Below are positions 15,334 to 26,600 of a DNA stretch of 64,000 nucleotides, one piece after another. The DNA comes from Verrucomicrobiota bacterium (GTDB lineage Bacteria; Verrucomicrobiota; Verrucomicrobiia; Opitutales; Opitutaceae). The stretch is from assembly GCA_023426435.1 (NCBI GenBank), contig JAFAAS010000018.1:3490-67489 (forward strand), written 5' to 3'. How positions within the stretch are numbered: position 1 is the first letter of the stretch; the number at the start of each line of letters is the position of its first letter. A program made the translations under genes and the position numbers. Below the pieces are notes generated by a model that was given only the letters and a program-made list of their open reading frames with translations, did not search any database and was not told the origin of the DNA.

Positions 15334-17856
15334 TCACGGAATCGCGAACGTAAGATCCAAACCGCTCCAGCTGCTGCTCGTGAGCGGACTGCTCTGGGTG
15401 TAGAGTGTCGTCCAGTTGGTGCCGTCGTTGGAGCCGGCGATCGTGAAGGTCGCCGGCGCGCGGTTCGCATCCGGCACGCGGATACGCACCGCCGTCGGCC
15501 TGACGGAAGTGCTGCCGAGGTTGAGCGCGAGATTGCCCGTCGTGCCCTGCAAATCCCAATAGCTCGAGGTCGCGGTGGAGTTGTCGTAGGCTTCCCACAG
15601 CGCCGTGCCCGTGCCGGTGATGTTCGCACTGTTTCCGCTGTAGTGAGGATTCGGATATGCCGTCGAGTTGACCATCCAGTCGATCTCGCCGATGCGGCCC
15701 CACGCTCCGCTCGTGCCCGAGTTTACCTGGAGACGGAATCGCGTATAGGTCGTGGCGGACGTGCCATTGGTCACCGCGACGGAATTGACCGTCACGCTGC
15801 CACTGCCCGAGAGCTTCTGCACCGTCACACTCGAGAGAAAGTTCGCCGGGAGCGTGAACGGGAACAGCGCCGTGCTTACGTTGCTGACTGCGCCTCCCGT
15901 GGTGACGGTGTGCGCCAGCGCGCCATGAACCAAAATCGCAAACGTGGCAGCGCCGCTCGTGGAATAGTTCACCTGGGCGTTGAAGTTTCCCCCGCTCGTG
16001 CTGCGGAACAGATACGAGGAGTGGTTGGTCACGCCGGTGATGGTGGCCGAACCAGTGGACGCCGCCTGGGCAATCTTCCACGCCGGCGAACAGGCCTGAT
16101 AGTTGGCGCCCGCGTAGGTGAAGGGCAGTGTCTGCCCGCTGTCCAGCACCGAGGCGGTATAGCTGGGTGCGTCGATGAGCGCGAGCGCGCGCGGGGTGTT
16201 GGTCGAGTGCGTGTCCGGGTGTATATAGCCGAAGCGATAATCCTGGTGCCAGACATAGCCGGTCTGGAAAGTGCCGCCCGCCTCCTCGAAAATTTCGTAG
16301 CTCTCGATCATCTCGTCATACATCCGGATATCGGAAAACGCCGGCTGCGCGAGCGGGTGGGCCACGCCGCTGCCCCGCGCATCGCCAAAATTCGGCATGC
16401 CTTCATAGCTTACGAAATGCACTCCGAAGGCCGCCCGCATTTTCGAGTTGAGCATCAATATGTTGTTTTTGTAGTCGGCCCGCACCATCTCGCCCGTGTT
16501 CCAGACGTTGTCGATCGTGGTGCCGGTGGCGGCGGAGCGATAGGTCGCCGGCCCCGCGCCCCAGAAGAAATAGGTGATCGGATGCGATTCGGTCAGCGTG
16601 TAATATGCGTTGGCCCAAGCCATGCCGTGCTGATCGTCGACTGCTTCGCGCTTGATTTGGTAGCACCAAAGCGGGCGCACTCGCGTCATCATCGCGCTGT
16701 CGCCGAAAACCGTCCGAAAAATCCGGCTCATCTCCACCGCCCGCCAGATCACATACCGAGCGCGCAGATCCCACCGCCTGGTGAAGATCGTGCTGGGCGT
16801 AGCCCAGCCATCGTGGTTGATGATATGATTTATATTGTTCGTCACCACCTGCTGGGCCTGCTCCAGCGCGTAGATGGATTGCGAGAAGGCGTAGTTATCG
16901 CCGTTGTTTTCGCCGCCGTTCCAGAGTTCGTTGCCGTATTCGACGTAGAGATTGAGGTTCGAATCGAGCGGCGGCCACACGGGGTTCGACTGCGTGGATG
17001 TATATGGATTCACGCCATCGCTGCCGTAGCGGAACGTCCGGGCCACCCGAGTCATGTAATCGGCATCCACCATCGCAGGCAGACAGATGTAGGCGTCGGT
17101 CTGGGTCGCGTTGGCGAACGCGATGATATACTCCCACGGCACCGACGTCGGTTTGTTCATGTTCGAGTTATAGGGATTCGGATGCTGACGGTTTTGGAAG
17201 CGGCCAGGCAGTCGGCGGGTGCTCCAGGTGGTCTCCGGGTTGGCGTTGATCGAAGAGGGGTCCATGTAGCGGACGATGTCGAACTGCGCGAACTGATCCC
17301 GGATCACGCGATCGACGATCTCCGTGGTTGCGTGCGACGTCGTCGAACCCGGCGAAATCGGGCGCATCAGCTTCACGTCGCGCACGCCGCCGGAGGTGTT
17401 GCTGAACAACAGGCGCAGATTCGTTTCGCCCGTCGAGGAAGCGAGCGAAAGCACGACAACGGAGGAGTTGGTCGACGCCGTGTAGGTATTGCTTTGCACG
17501 GTGATCGGCGCCGTCCCCTGCGCCGTGACGGTCGCCTGGCCCGTGAAATACAGGCGATAGGTGCCGGGGCGCGCATTGGGTTGGCCGGCCCACATCCAGA
17601 GACGCGCGTCCTGCGTGGGCCAGCCATTCGAGTCCACCGGCGCGGCGGACTCGGTGGTCGGCATCTGCCAGATGCGCTGCCCCGCCGTGTTTTGGACGAC
17701 GTCGGCCCACATCGGCGGCAGCCAGTCCTGCGACCAATGGATATTGATCGCCGCCACGCGCGGAGCCGCGTGCAGCGGCGTAGCGGCGACGGCAAGGATC
17801 GAACAGAAGACAAACAGCGAGCGAGCGCTCGCGAGCAGTTTGAGAAACGAGCTCAT
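15334..17856 (-). CDS. Secreted clan-GH-A-like hydrolase candidate plus beta-sandwich plus C-terminal F5/8 type C (discoidin/CBM32-like) domain
   Basis: The ATG at 17856 (MSSFLKLLASARSLFVFCSILAVAATPLHA) gives a signal peptide. Motifs are LYVEYGNELWN and VSYEGMPNFGD. The C-terminus is RFRLQV...IGEIDWMV...IAGSNDGTNWTTL, which is discoidin-like. It is a long-range paralogue of the 25883-27845 part of the giant gene. Confidence 0.75.
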   Translation of the reverse strand: MSSFLKLLASARSLFVFCSILAVAATPLHAAPRVAAINIHWSQDWLPPMWADVVQNTAGQRIWQMPTTESAAPVDSNGWPTQDARLWMWAGQPNARPGTYRLYFTGQATVTAQGTAPITVQSNTYTASTNSSVVVLSLASSTGETNLRLLFSNTSGGVRDVKLMRPISPGSTTSHATTEIVDRVIRDQFAQFDIVRYMDPSSINANPETTWSTRRLPGRFQNRQHPNPYNSNMNKPTSVPWEYIIAFANATQTDAYICLPAMVDADYMTRVARTFRYGSDGVNPYTSTQSNPVWPPLDSNLNLYVEYGNELWNGGENNGDNYAFSQSIYALEQAQQVVTNNINHIINHDGWATPSTIFTRRWDLRARYVIWRAVEMSRIFRTVFGDSAMMTRVRPLWCYQIKREAVDDQHGMAWANAYYTLTESHPITYFFWGAGPATYRSAATGTTIDNVWNTGEMVRADYKNNILMLNSKMRAAFGVHFVSYEGMPNFGDARGSGVAHPLAQPAFSDIRMYDEMIESYEIFEEAGGTFQTGYVWHQDYRFGYIHPDTHSTNTPRALALIDAPSYTASVLDSGQTLPFTYAGANYQACSPAWKIAQAASTGSATITGVTNHSSYLFRSTSGGNFNAQVNYSTSGAATFAILVHGALAHTVTTGGAVSNVSTALFPFTLPANFLSSVTVQKLSGSGSVTVNSVAVTNGTSATTYTRFRLQVNSGTSGAWGRIGEIDWMVNSTAYPNPHYSGNSANITGTGTALWEAYDNSTATSSYWDLQGTTGNLALNLGSTSVRPTAVRIRVPDANRAPATFTIAGSNDGTNWTTLYTQSSPLTSSSWSGLDLTFAIP

Positions 17857-18006
17857 GTTTAATGGGGTTGGGATTTCGGGAAGCTGGGAAAATGCTGCTG
17901 AAGGTGGAGCCCGACGTCCTCGTCGGGCGGGTTTGCGTGGTAGGGCGAGGCGTCTCGCCGAGCCGCGAGCATCCAACATGGCTCGCCAGGGACAGCTCGC
18001 TCCAGC

Positions 18007-19743
18007 TCACGGCACGAAGCGAATCGCGTCCGCGCAGGCGCGGTTCCCGTCGTTGGTGTTGGCGTCGATGACGACACTCGAACTGCTGTTCAATGTATGC
18101 CGTCCGAGGTGCACCCACGCGCCACCGCCAGTCTTCTGATTGACCGTGTAGTTCGTGTTGCCGCTCGCGTGATTGACGGTGTAGCGCACGCCGCTCGAGA
18201 GCCACGTCCAGTTCGTCGCGTAGCGCACATACACATCATACGAGCCGGCGAGATTCGGGCTGTAACGCGCCGTCGCGACACCATGGATCGACTGGTCATT
18301 GAAGGTGCGGAAATTCGCTCCGTGGTATCCGCCGCCGAGCGTTACGTTCCACCACGCGCCGATGAACGTCACCAACGACGAATCGTTGTCGACGATCACT
18401 TCGTTCGCGACGACTGGGGTAAATCGAACGGCGTCCGCGCACGCCCGCTGGCCGTCGCCTGTGTTGCCATCGACGACGACCGTCGAGTTGGCGTTTAACG
18501 TGTGCCGACCGAGCAACACCCACGTGCCGCCGCCGCTCTGCTGGTTCACCGGATACACCGCGCTGCCGCTCGCGTGATTCACCGTGTAGCGAACGCTGTT
18601 CGACGGCGTCGTCCAGCCGCTCGAATAGCGCACGTAAACATCATAAGTCCCGTTCGCAGTCGCAGGTGCGTAGGTGGCCGTCGCCACGCCGTAGCTTGCC
18701 TGATCGCTCACCGTGCGGAAATCAGCGCCCTGGAATCCGCTCCCCTCGGAGCGGTTCACCCACGCGCCGGTGTAGCTGAACTGCGGGTCGAGGTTGTCGA
18801 TCAGGATTTCGCCCGGATCCGTCCAGCGCATGCGACAGAGCCACACGCCGTCGTTGTTGTATCCGGCGACAAAATACTCGCCGTTGTGCTCGATCACCTC
18901 CGGCGCGTAATAGCCGTCGAATGAACCCGGCGTCATCTTGATGATCGGCTCGCCGTCGAAATCCATCGGATCCGCCGACGCCCACACGCTCATCTGCAGC
19001 CATTGGTAGTAGAGCCCGTTGCGCCACATCACGAACGGACTCTCCGGATTCACCACAGCGTTGACCGCGCTCAATCCGCTCCATGGGCCTTCGAGCACCG
19101 CGGCAGTGCGGGCGGCAACGTAGGCCGATGCGCCGCCCGTGCCGTTTTGCAGGAAGTAGGCATACCAGAGCCCGTCCACGCTGCGGTTATCGAGGATCAT
19201 CGTGTCGCGCGACATCGCGTAGAACGTAATGTCGCCGTCGAGGTCGTAATGCTGCGTGAAGTTCTTCCCGTCGGTGCTGATCAGGCAGTGCGCGCCGCCG
19301 CTGTTGTGAAACATATACCAGAGATTTCCGACGCGGAAACAGTGCGGCGCCTGCAATCTCCCCTGCGTGTAGCCCGGCGGACTCATGTCGGTCGTCCAAA
19401 AGATTCCCTGCGGCGTCCAATCCGCGCTTGTGAGACTCGTCGACTCCCAGCGATAGAAGAGCCGCGTGCTGCCGGGATAGGTCGTGTCGGCGATGCACGC
19501 AACCAGCTGCCAGGTGCCATCGGCGGCCTGATAGATCGTGAAGTCCTTCGTCATGTGAACGCCCAGATTGTTGTAGGGGCTCACATCCGGCCCGCGCGGC
19601 GCAATGCGCCACCAGCCGCCGTCAAGTCGCGGGACTTCGAGCGCGAACGAAACCGAGCAGAGGAAAACGAACAAAGATGCCAACGCGGTCCTTCCGCCCA
19701 AGACCGAGCGGCGACGAAAGTAAAACCAACCATTTGTAAGCAT
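18007..19743 (-). CDS. Secreted five-bladed beta-propeller (GH43/GH32-superfamily-like) protein with two C-terminal golvesin/CBM-like repeats
   Basis: The N-terminal half reads DFTIYQAADGTWQLVACI...LQAPHCFRVGNLWYMFHNSG...STDGKNF. The two C-terminal repeats of about 127 aa lie at roughly 18412-18807 and 18010-18400. Each ends in ...GNTGDGQRACADAVRFTP or ...NTNDGNRACADAIRFVP. Confidence 0.7.
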   Translation of the reverse strand: MLTNGWFYFRRRSVLGGRTALASLFVFLCSVSFALEVPRLDGGWWRIAPRGPDVSPYNNLGVHMTKDFTIYQAADGTWQLVACIADTTYPGSTRLFYRWESTSLTSADWTPQGIFWTTDMSPPGYTQGRLQAPHCFRVGNLWYMFHNSGGAHCLISTDGKNFTQHYDLDGDITFYAMSRDTMILDNRSVDGLWYAYFLQNGTGGASAYVAARTAAVLEGPWSGLSAVNAVVNPESPFVMWRNGLYYQWLQMSVWASADPMDFDGEPIIKMTPGSFDGYYAPEVIEHNGEYFVAGYNNDGVWLCRMRWTDPGEILIDNLDPQFSYTGAWVNRSEGSGFQGADFRTVSDQASYGVATATYAPATANGTYDVYVRYSSGWTTPSNSVRYTVNHASGSAVYPVNQQSGGGTWVLLGRHTLNANSTVVVDGNTGDGQRACADAVRFTPVVANEVIVDNDSSLVTFIGAWWNVTLGGGYHGANFRTFNDQSIHGVATARYSPNLAGSYDVYVRYATNWTWLSSGVRYTVNHASGNTNYTVNQKTGGGAWVHLGRHTLNSSSSVVIDANTNDGNRACADAIRFVP

Positions 19744-19800
19744 GGGGATGGTGCAGAGGCTGGTTGAAGCTCATCGGAAGGTTTTCTCCGCTGGAAAGCA

Positions 19801-19828
19801 GCACGCCGGCCGCGAAGGGCCGGCGTGC
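19801..19828 (-). terminator. GC-rich hairpin (11-bp perfect stem, 6-nt loop) 10 nt after the giant-gene stop
   Basis: The sequence is GCACGCCGGCC-GCGAAG-GGCCGGCGTGC. On the minus strand it is followed by TGCTTTCC, a weak T tract. Confidence 0.5.
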
Positions 19829-19837
19829 GCGTGAGGG

Positions 19838-20640
19838 TTACTCGCTGTCCGGTTGGACCAACGCGCCCTGGCCGTTGATCACCAATCGATCGCTGATCAC
19901 TTGTCCGTTCAACGTGCTGTTGCCGTTGATCGTCACAGTGCCGGACGGCGCTTCGACTTGGCCGTGAAGGTTGACGTTGCCATTCAGCGTCACACCGCCG
20001 TTCGCCACCCTCAACGTGAGCCACTCCGGATGATCGTTCGCACCGACGTTGCCGCTGAACGACACGCCTTGCGCGAGCGTGAGCATGACCGGTCCGACCA
20101 CCTGCACCGATGCGTTTCCGTTCACGACCAGGCCCTGCAGGTTGTAAACCGCCGGTTCCGTCGCGCCCGCCACACCCAGGATGATGCTGCTGTTGCCGTT
20201 GATCGTGATCGTGCCGTAAGTGCCCGCCGGAACCGTGCGCGTGCCGGCGTTGCCGTTCAGCGTCAGATTACGCACCTTGCTCCAGTTGCCGACGTTGTCG
20301 CTCGCTTTGTTGAGCGAGACATTCGTCGTCCCCGTCGGTGCTGGCGGCGCGGATACACTGGGCATCGCAATCGCATCGACACGACGCACCACATGCCGCA
20401 GCGCCGCGTTGCCATTGAGCGTGATGGTGTGATTCGACGGCGAGGCTTCGCCGCTCGCGTCAATCGTGCCGCCGTAAACGGGACGTCCATTCAGTCGCAC
20501 GGTCGGCGTGCCGCGGACGAGCAGGTCGCCAGAAACCCACGCGTTGCCATTCAGCGTCGTGCTTTCGGCATTCAACACCTGCACCGATCCGTCGAGTCCG
20601 CCATTGAGCGTCGGCGCGCGACGCACGAGCGCCGTCACCG
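19838..20640 (-). other. C-terminal (L/I/V)NGN-repeat tail, predicted beta-solenoid
   Basis: Recurrent TLNGNAWVSG, ITLNGNAAL, LTLNGNAGT, ITINGNSSI, VVNGNASV, VTLNGNVNL, VTINGNSTLNG and VINGQGAL. No PEP-CTERM or other sorting signal is visible at the end. Confidence 0.5.
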
Positions 20641-23600
20641 TGATCCGCAAGGTCTCGATCGCCGCACCGCTGTAGCTCGGCGAATCGATCGTCGCCTCGA
20701 CTTCATACGTGCCGGGCAGCGTCGGCGCTTCACTGCCGCCGCCATACGTGATCGTCACCGGCAAGCCCGCAGGCACTGTTGTCACACTGACGGACTTCGG
20801 CGTCCCGTCGTAAGCCTGGCGCAATCCGTGGAACGTGATCGTCGCCGTCGCTTCCGCGATCGTCAGCGTGCCCGTCGCCGAGCCGACATGATTCGGATCG
20901 GTCACCACCGCGTTCACCGTATAGCTGCCGACCTCCGAAGGCGCGGTGCTGCTGCCGTCGTAGGTCAACACGACCGCGAGTCCGGCCGGTGTCGTGGTCG
21001 CCGACGCAGCCTTGGGCGAGCCATCATAGGTATGGCTGAGATTGCCCAACGAAACCACCGCCACCGCCGGCGTGATCGTCAGCGTGCCCGTCGCCGAACC
21101 CGTGTAATTCGGATCGGCAATCGTCGCGACAACTGCATACGTGCCGACATTCGTCGGCGGCGTGCTGCTGCCGTCGTAAGTCACGTCGACATCCAATCCC
21201 GTCGGCGCGGTGGCAACGCTGACTGCGCGCGGCGCACCCGAATAGGTTTGCGAGAGATTGCCCAGCGTCACGCTCGCCTGCCCTGCGTCGATGACGAGCG
21301 TGAGCGATTGCGTGGCTTCGTCCGACGGATCTTCGACGCTGTCGCTATCCGCGACGCGAACCACGACGTTGCTTGTTCCCGCCGCAGTCGGAACGCCCGC
21401 GATCACGCCTTCCGTCGAGAGGGAAAGCCCGTCCGGCAGACTGCCCGACGCGATGCTCCACACGAGCGCACCATTCCCGCCGCTCGCGGAAAGCGTCTGC
21501 TCGTAGGCGACGCCCACCGTGCCATTGTCGAGCGTGGTCGTGCTGATCGTTGGCGCGGAGTTCGGCGAACCGGCGAGCCGCACCGAACCGAACAACAACG
21601 GATTCGACCACGCCTGATCGGCGGTGCCGAACCACGCGATCTTGCCGTCGCGCGTGGTGGAGCCCGGCGTGTCGTTGTCGTTGATCATCACTTCAAAGCC
21701 GATCACGTCACCGGCGGCCGGCGTCACGCCGAGCGTGCTCCACGGGAAGTGGAACTCCGCCGTATAACCACTCGCGGTCGTTTCGCTCGCAACCGTGATG
21801 CCCGCGAGCGACGGATTTCCGGACGCGGCTTCGAGCGCGCCGTTCCAACGATAGACGTATTGGCCGACGCCGGTTGAGTAGAACGTCTGCTTCGCGTTCG
21901 TCGCATCGATGTAGAGATCGACGCTGTCGAACATCCACTCGTTCGGATTCGAACCGGTGGTATCGGCCACCAGCACGTCATCCGTGACGTCGACAAACAC
22001 GTAGAGGCCGCTGGCGTCCCAAGTCGCGCGATACGTCGCACTGAGATCGGCCGGGCCACTCACCGTGCCGAGGCTGACATTGCCCAACGCGTGAGCCGTC
22101 GCCGCCGACCAGGCCTCGTCCGCCCCGACGCCATCGACGACGATCTCGCCGGTGGCGTGCTGAATCGAAATTTCGGATACCGACAAGGTGGCCGTTTCGC
22201 TCTGCACGCTGCCCGCCCCGTTCGAGGCAACCACATGGTAGGTGCTCCCATTCAGGGAGAGGTCGAGATCGCTCAACGTAAGCGTCGCCGCGGTTTCTCC
22301 GACGATCGGTTCGCCGTTGCGATACCACTGATACGTGATCGGCGGAGAACCGATGGCGAGGATCTGCAGCGTGACATTCGCGCCGCTGCCGACCGATGCG
22401 CCTTGCGGCTGCGTCACGATGATCGGCACCGACCCGGTGGCGCTGTCCGGATTCAGCTCAATCCAGTCCGTCAGCGCGCGATGCTTGTAGCTGAGCAGAT
22501 CGGGATAGCCGACCGAAGGCTTGCTGCCAAACGCGCGCAACGGCGACCAGCCTTGAGGATAGTTGTAATGCACGAACACCTCGAAGTAAGGCGCGATCGC
22601 GTCGAGGTAGTGCTTGTAGGCGGAATACATCACCGGATTCCGCGACGCGGCGTCGGCGAAATTCACGATGTGCTGTCCGCCTTCATAAGCGATGAGCGGA
22701 ATGCCGAGCGGCGACCAGACATTGTAATGCGTCTGGACGCGATTCATCACCGTCGTGTCGATGTCGTTGATCATTTGATCGAGGATGTCCGGCGCGCCGC
22801 CGTTGAGGCTGCCCCCGAAGTAGGGAGCGATTGAATACACATCGATCGTGCGACCGGTGGGGTTCGTCACCGGATCCGCGAGCGCGTCGCGGTGGAGCTT
22901 CGGGCTCTGCGACGCTCCGGCCTGACCAGCGAGAACATAAACGATCTGGTTGTTCGCATCGGCGCCGAAACCCGCGTCGAACGCGGCCTGCAGCTCCAAA
23001 GTGCGCTTCACGTAGAACCGCGCCCGGGCGAGCGAGGTGTCGTTCTGGCTGTAGGTCTCGGCGACGTTCTGGTGCAAGCCGAGCGCGAGACCTTGATCGC
23101 TCGCGTAAATCGCCTGCGCGAAATCGGCGTTCCAGACTTCGTTCGAATACTCGATGTAGATCTTCCGCTCCGGCTCGAGGTGCTGCTTGATGAGCGCGCC
23201 AAGTTGCGTCGCGTAGGCGTCGTTCACCGCGTGCGGAATCGTGAACCACATGTCGGCATCGAGGATGTTGCAGAGGCGAATCATCCACTCGACCGCCACT
23301 CCATGCGCGGCGCGGATGTTTTCCTCCTGGAAGTTCGGATTCACCGTCTGATTCTGATCGTCGGGCTGTTTCCGCTCCGACCAGTCGACCGTCCAGTTGT
23401 TGTTGGTCGCAACCCAGTCCATGAAACGCAGGACCTTGAACGGACGAATGTCGTCGAGGAACGCGTCGCTGAACGGGTTGCTGTTTTCGTAGTTCGCCCA
23501 TTCGGCGGCGAAGTTCACACCCTCGCGCCACATGCCGGCAGTGTCGCTCCACAGACCTGTGCCCAACTGCATCGATTTCACGGCAGGCTCGCCCGCGCCG

Positions 23601-26600
23601 GTGGTGAGTTGAACCGGCGTGCTCGCGGCGGACACGTTACCAAGGCCGTCGGTCGCAGTGATCGTCACCGTGTAAGTCGACTCCGGCGAGAAGCCGTGGA
23701 GCGTGATGTCCGTCGAAGTCGACGTGGTCCAGAACTCGTCGTTCACATAGATCGTGTAGATCGAGACGCCCGAGCCCGCGTCCGTGGACGGCGTCCAGCT
23801 CACGTTCGCCGTGAGGTCGCTCGTCGAGCTCACCGCCACGTTGCTGGGAACGGTCGGAGGATCCGTATCCAAATTTCCCGGAACGCTCGCGAACTCGAAC
23901 GTGCCCGCGAGGACCGACGGCGGTCCCGCGACGACGACTTCGGGATAGTCGCTTGAATTCAAGCCGGTGCGCTGAATCAGCGGCGTCCACGCCGTGCCAT
24001 CGTTCGAACCTTCGAGGCGAAATGCCGAAGCGAGGATGTAGCTCGGGATTTCGAGCCGCACACCGGTGATGTAAACCGGACCGTTGTTGAAGCGGACGGT
24101 CATCTCCTGCGGATTCACGTTGGCGACGTTGTTCGCGTCGGCGGTGTTGATATACCAATGCGAGTTGACGTTGCGGTCGAAGACGAACGCCGGGCGATCC
24201 TGCGCATTGATGTTAGCTGTGCTGCTGCTGATCGTGTAATCGGCATTGCCGGTGTTCGAGGTCGGCACCGTGAGCGGCAATTGGTTCTCGCCGGAGAGCA
24301 ATCGCATCTCGCGGAGGAAAACGCGTCCGGCATTCGTGCCGCTCGTCACGGCCGAGCCGTCGATCCAAAGTCGGAGGTATTGGTAGGGCTGGGCCACAGG
24401 AAGACCGCCCGAGGAAGAGCTGGAACTCGAGGAGCTTGAACTCGAAGAAGACGAACTCGACGAACTGGAAGAGCTGCTCGAACTCGAGGACGAAGAACTG
24501 CTCGAACTCGAAGACGAGCTGCTTGAGCTGGAGGACGACGAACTCGAGCTGCCACCGGGAGGCGGCGTGAATTCATACGTCGCCTGATCGACGCCGTCGA
24601 CGAGCGCGAAGTCGGGCAACGCGTCGTCGTCTTCGACGAGCGTCGTCCAGTTCGCGCCGTCGTTCGATCCGGAGATGCGCAGACCCGTGAGATTGTCGCT
24701 CCACGAGGCGCGCGAGATGCGGACGCCATTGGGCGAGATCGCGGTTTCGCCCAGATCCGCCGTGATGTGAACGGGCAACGGAGTCGTGCCGGAACTGATG
24801 AAGAAGAACGTCTGGTTCGATGCGTTGTTATGATCGAACACGCGCCACGCATTCCCGGGGAACGCGTAGTTGGACGTCACCACCACGCCCGCGGAGTTGT
24901 TGGACGTAAGCGGGGTCGTCGGATAACGCGTGCCGTCCACGAGCCATTCGATTTCGCCGATCTGAAGCTGGCCATTGCCCGCGAGCGCGGTCGCTTCGAA
25001 ACGCAGGTAGCGGTAACTCTCCGGTTCCGGCGGCGTGACGATGCCCGGCACATAACCCATCCGCGAGAGATCCATCTGGATGCTGCCGGTCGTGTTCGCG
25101 ACAAAGTAAACGCCGACCGCGTCCACGATCTCGCTCGTCGGCGCGATGGGCGCAGTGAACTCGACGGCGAAGTTGTTGCCGCCATTCGCCGTGAAATCCC
25201 ATTCCTGCCAGGTGGTCGCGGTCGTCGGCGCGAGCGGCCAGTCGCTGTCCGCCGTCGCAAACGATTCGACGGAGACGTAATACTTCCCGCCCGCGCGCAC
25301 GACTTTGTGAAACGCGCCTCCGGTGCCGGCGACCACGCGGGTCGACAACTCCAACTGCACGGTGTCGAACATGCCGGCGTCGCTCACCGGCCACAGCGCC
25401 ACCGCATGAGAGCGTTTCGCACCCGCGACGGCCGATTGAAAGCGAATCGCTTCGGGCGTGTCGTTGCGCAGCACCAGCGCAAGCACCGTCGAGCCAGGCG
25501 CAGGCGAAACATCGACGTCCATCACGAATCCGCCAAACGCGGCCGGCGCCGTGGCGCCAAAAGCGAGATCGCTTGTGCTGAAAGCGAGCAGTTCGCGCGT
25601 GTCGTTCGCGCCCGCATTGCCAAGTCCAAGATCGAGATCCGATGACACCGTGCCGTTCACCTGAACGTTGCTCGTCGTGTAGGCATTGAGCGTGCCGTCG
25701 AAGACGTGCGTCACCGTCACCGGCCCGCCACTCGACGAAGACGACGAGCTGCTGCTCGACGAAGAACTGGACGACGACGAACTCGAGGAGCTCGAACTGC
25801 TCGAGGACGATGAACTGCTCGAAGACGATGAGGACGAACTGCTGCTGGAGGAGCTCGAGGACGAGGAACTCGACGAAGACGACGTGCCGTCGGAGATCTC
25901 GACCGCGTTGACGGTGACGTCGCCGGTGCCGGCGATCTTCTGAACCGTCACACCGGAGAGGAAGTTCGCCGGGAGCGAGAATGCGTAGGCACTCGTCGAG
26001 GCATTGGAAACGGCGCCGGGCGTGTTGATGATTTCAACCAATTCTCCGTCGACCAGAATCGCGAAACTCGCGGCGCCTGAAGTCGAGTAGTTGATCGTCG
26101 CCGTGTAGTCGTCGCCCGCGACGCTGCGCATGAGATAACTCACGCGACGGCCGACGGCGGTGAGGACATTGGTGCCGTTGAACGGACTCACCGACCAGTA
26201 ATTGGTGCCCGTGAACGTGAACGGCAGCGTTTGCCCGATGTCGAGCGGACGCGCGTTGTTCGAGAGGCTGGCGTTGTAAAGCGCCATCGCGCGCGGCGTC
26301 TGATCCGAGTGCGTGCTCGGATCGATATGCCCGAAGCGGAAGTCTTGATGCCAGACGTAGGTCGTTTGGAAAACGCCACCGGTCTCCTCGAAGATCTCGT
26401 AGCTCTCGATCATCTCGGTGTAGAGCCGCGGATCGTAGAACGCCGGCTCCGCGAGCGGATGGGCCGCGGTCGAACCTTGCGGATCGCCGAACGCCGGACC
26501 GCCTTCGTAGGTGACGAACGGGATGCCGTAGGACGCGATCATGCGCGCATTGTTGGTCATCCGCGTCTTGAAGGTTTCGCGGTCCATCTGGCCGGTGGTC

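Noticed and set aside
13006-17862. A 1618-aa plus-strand ORF, the second-longest in the track
   Set aside because: It is extremely Arg/Pro/His-rich and low-complexity, with no recognisable domain. It runs antisense to the well-supported 15334-17856 gene and out of frame across 13814-15121. This is a typical stop-free antisense frame in high-GC DNA.
25686-25943. An acidic D/E/L-rich 85-aa ORF (DEDDELLLDEELDDDELEELELLEDDE...)
   Set aside because: It is the exact antisense reading of the poly-Ser linker of the giant gene, where TCG/AGC codons read as CGA/GCT, GAG/CTC and so on. It is not an independent gene.
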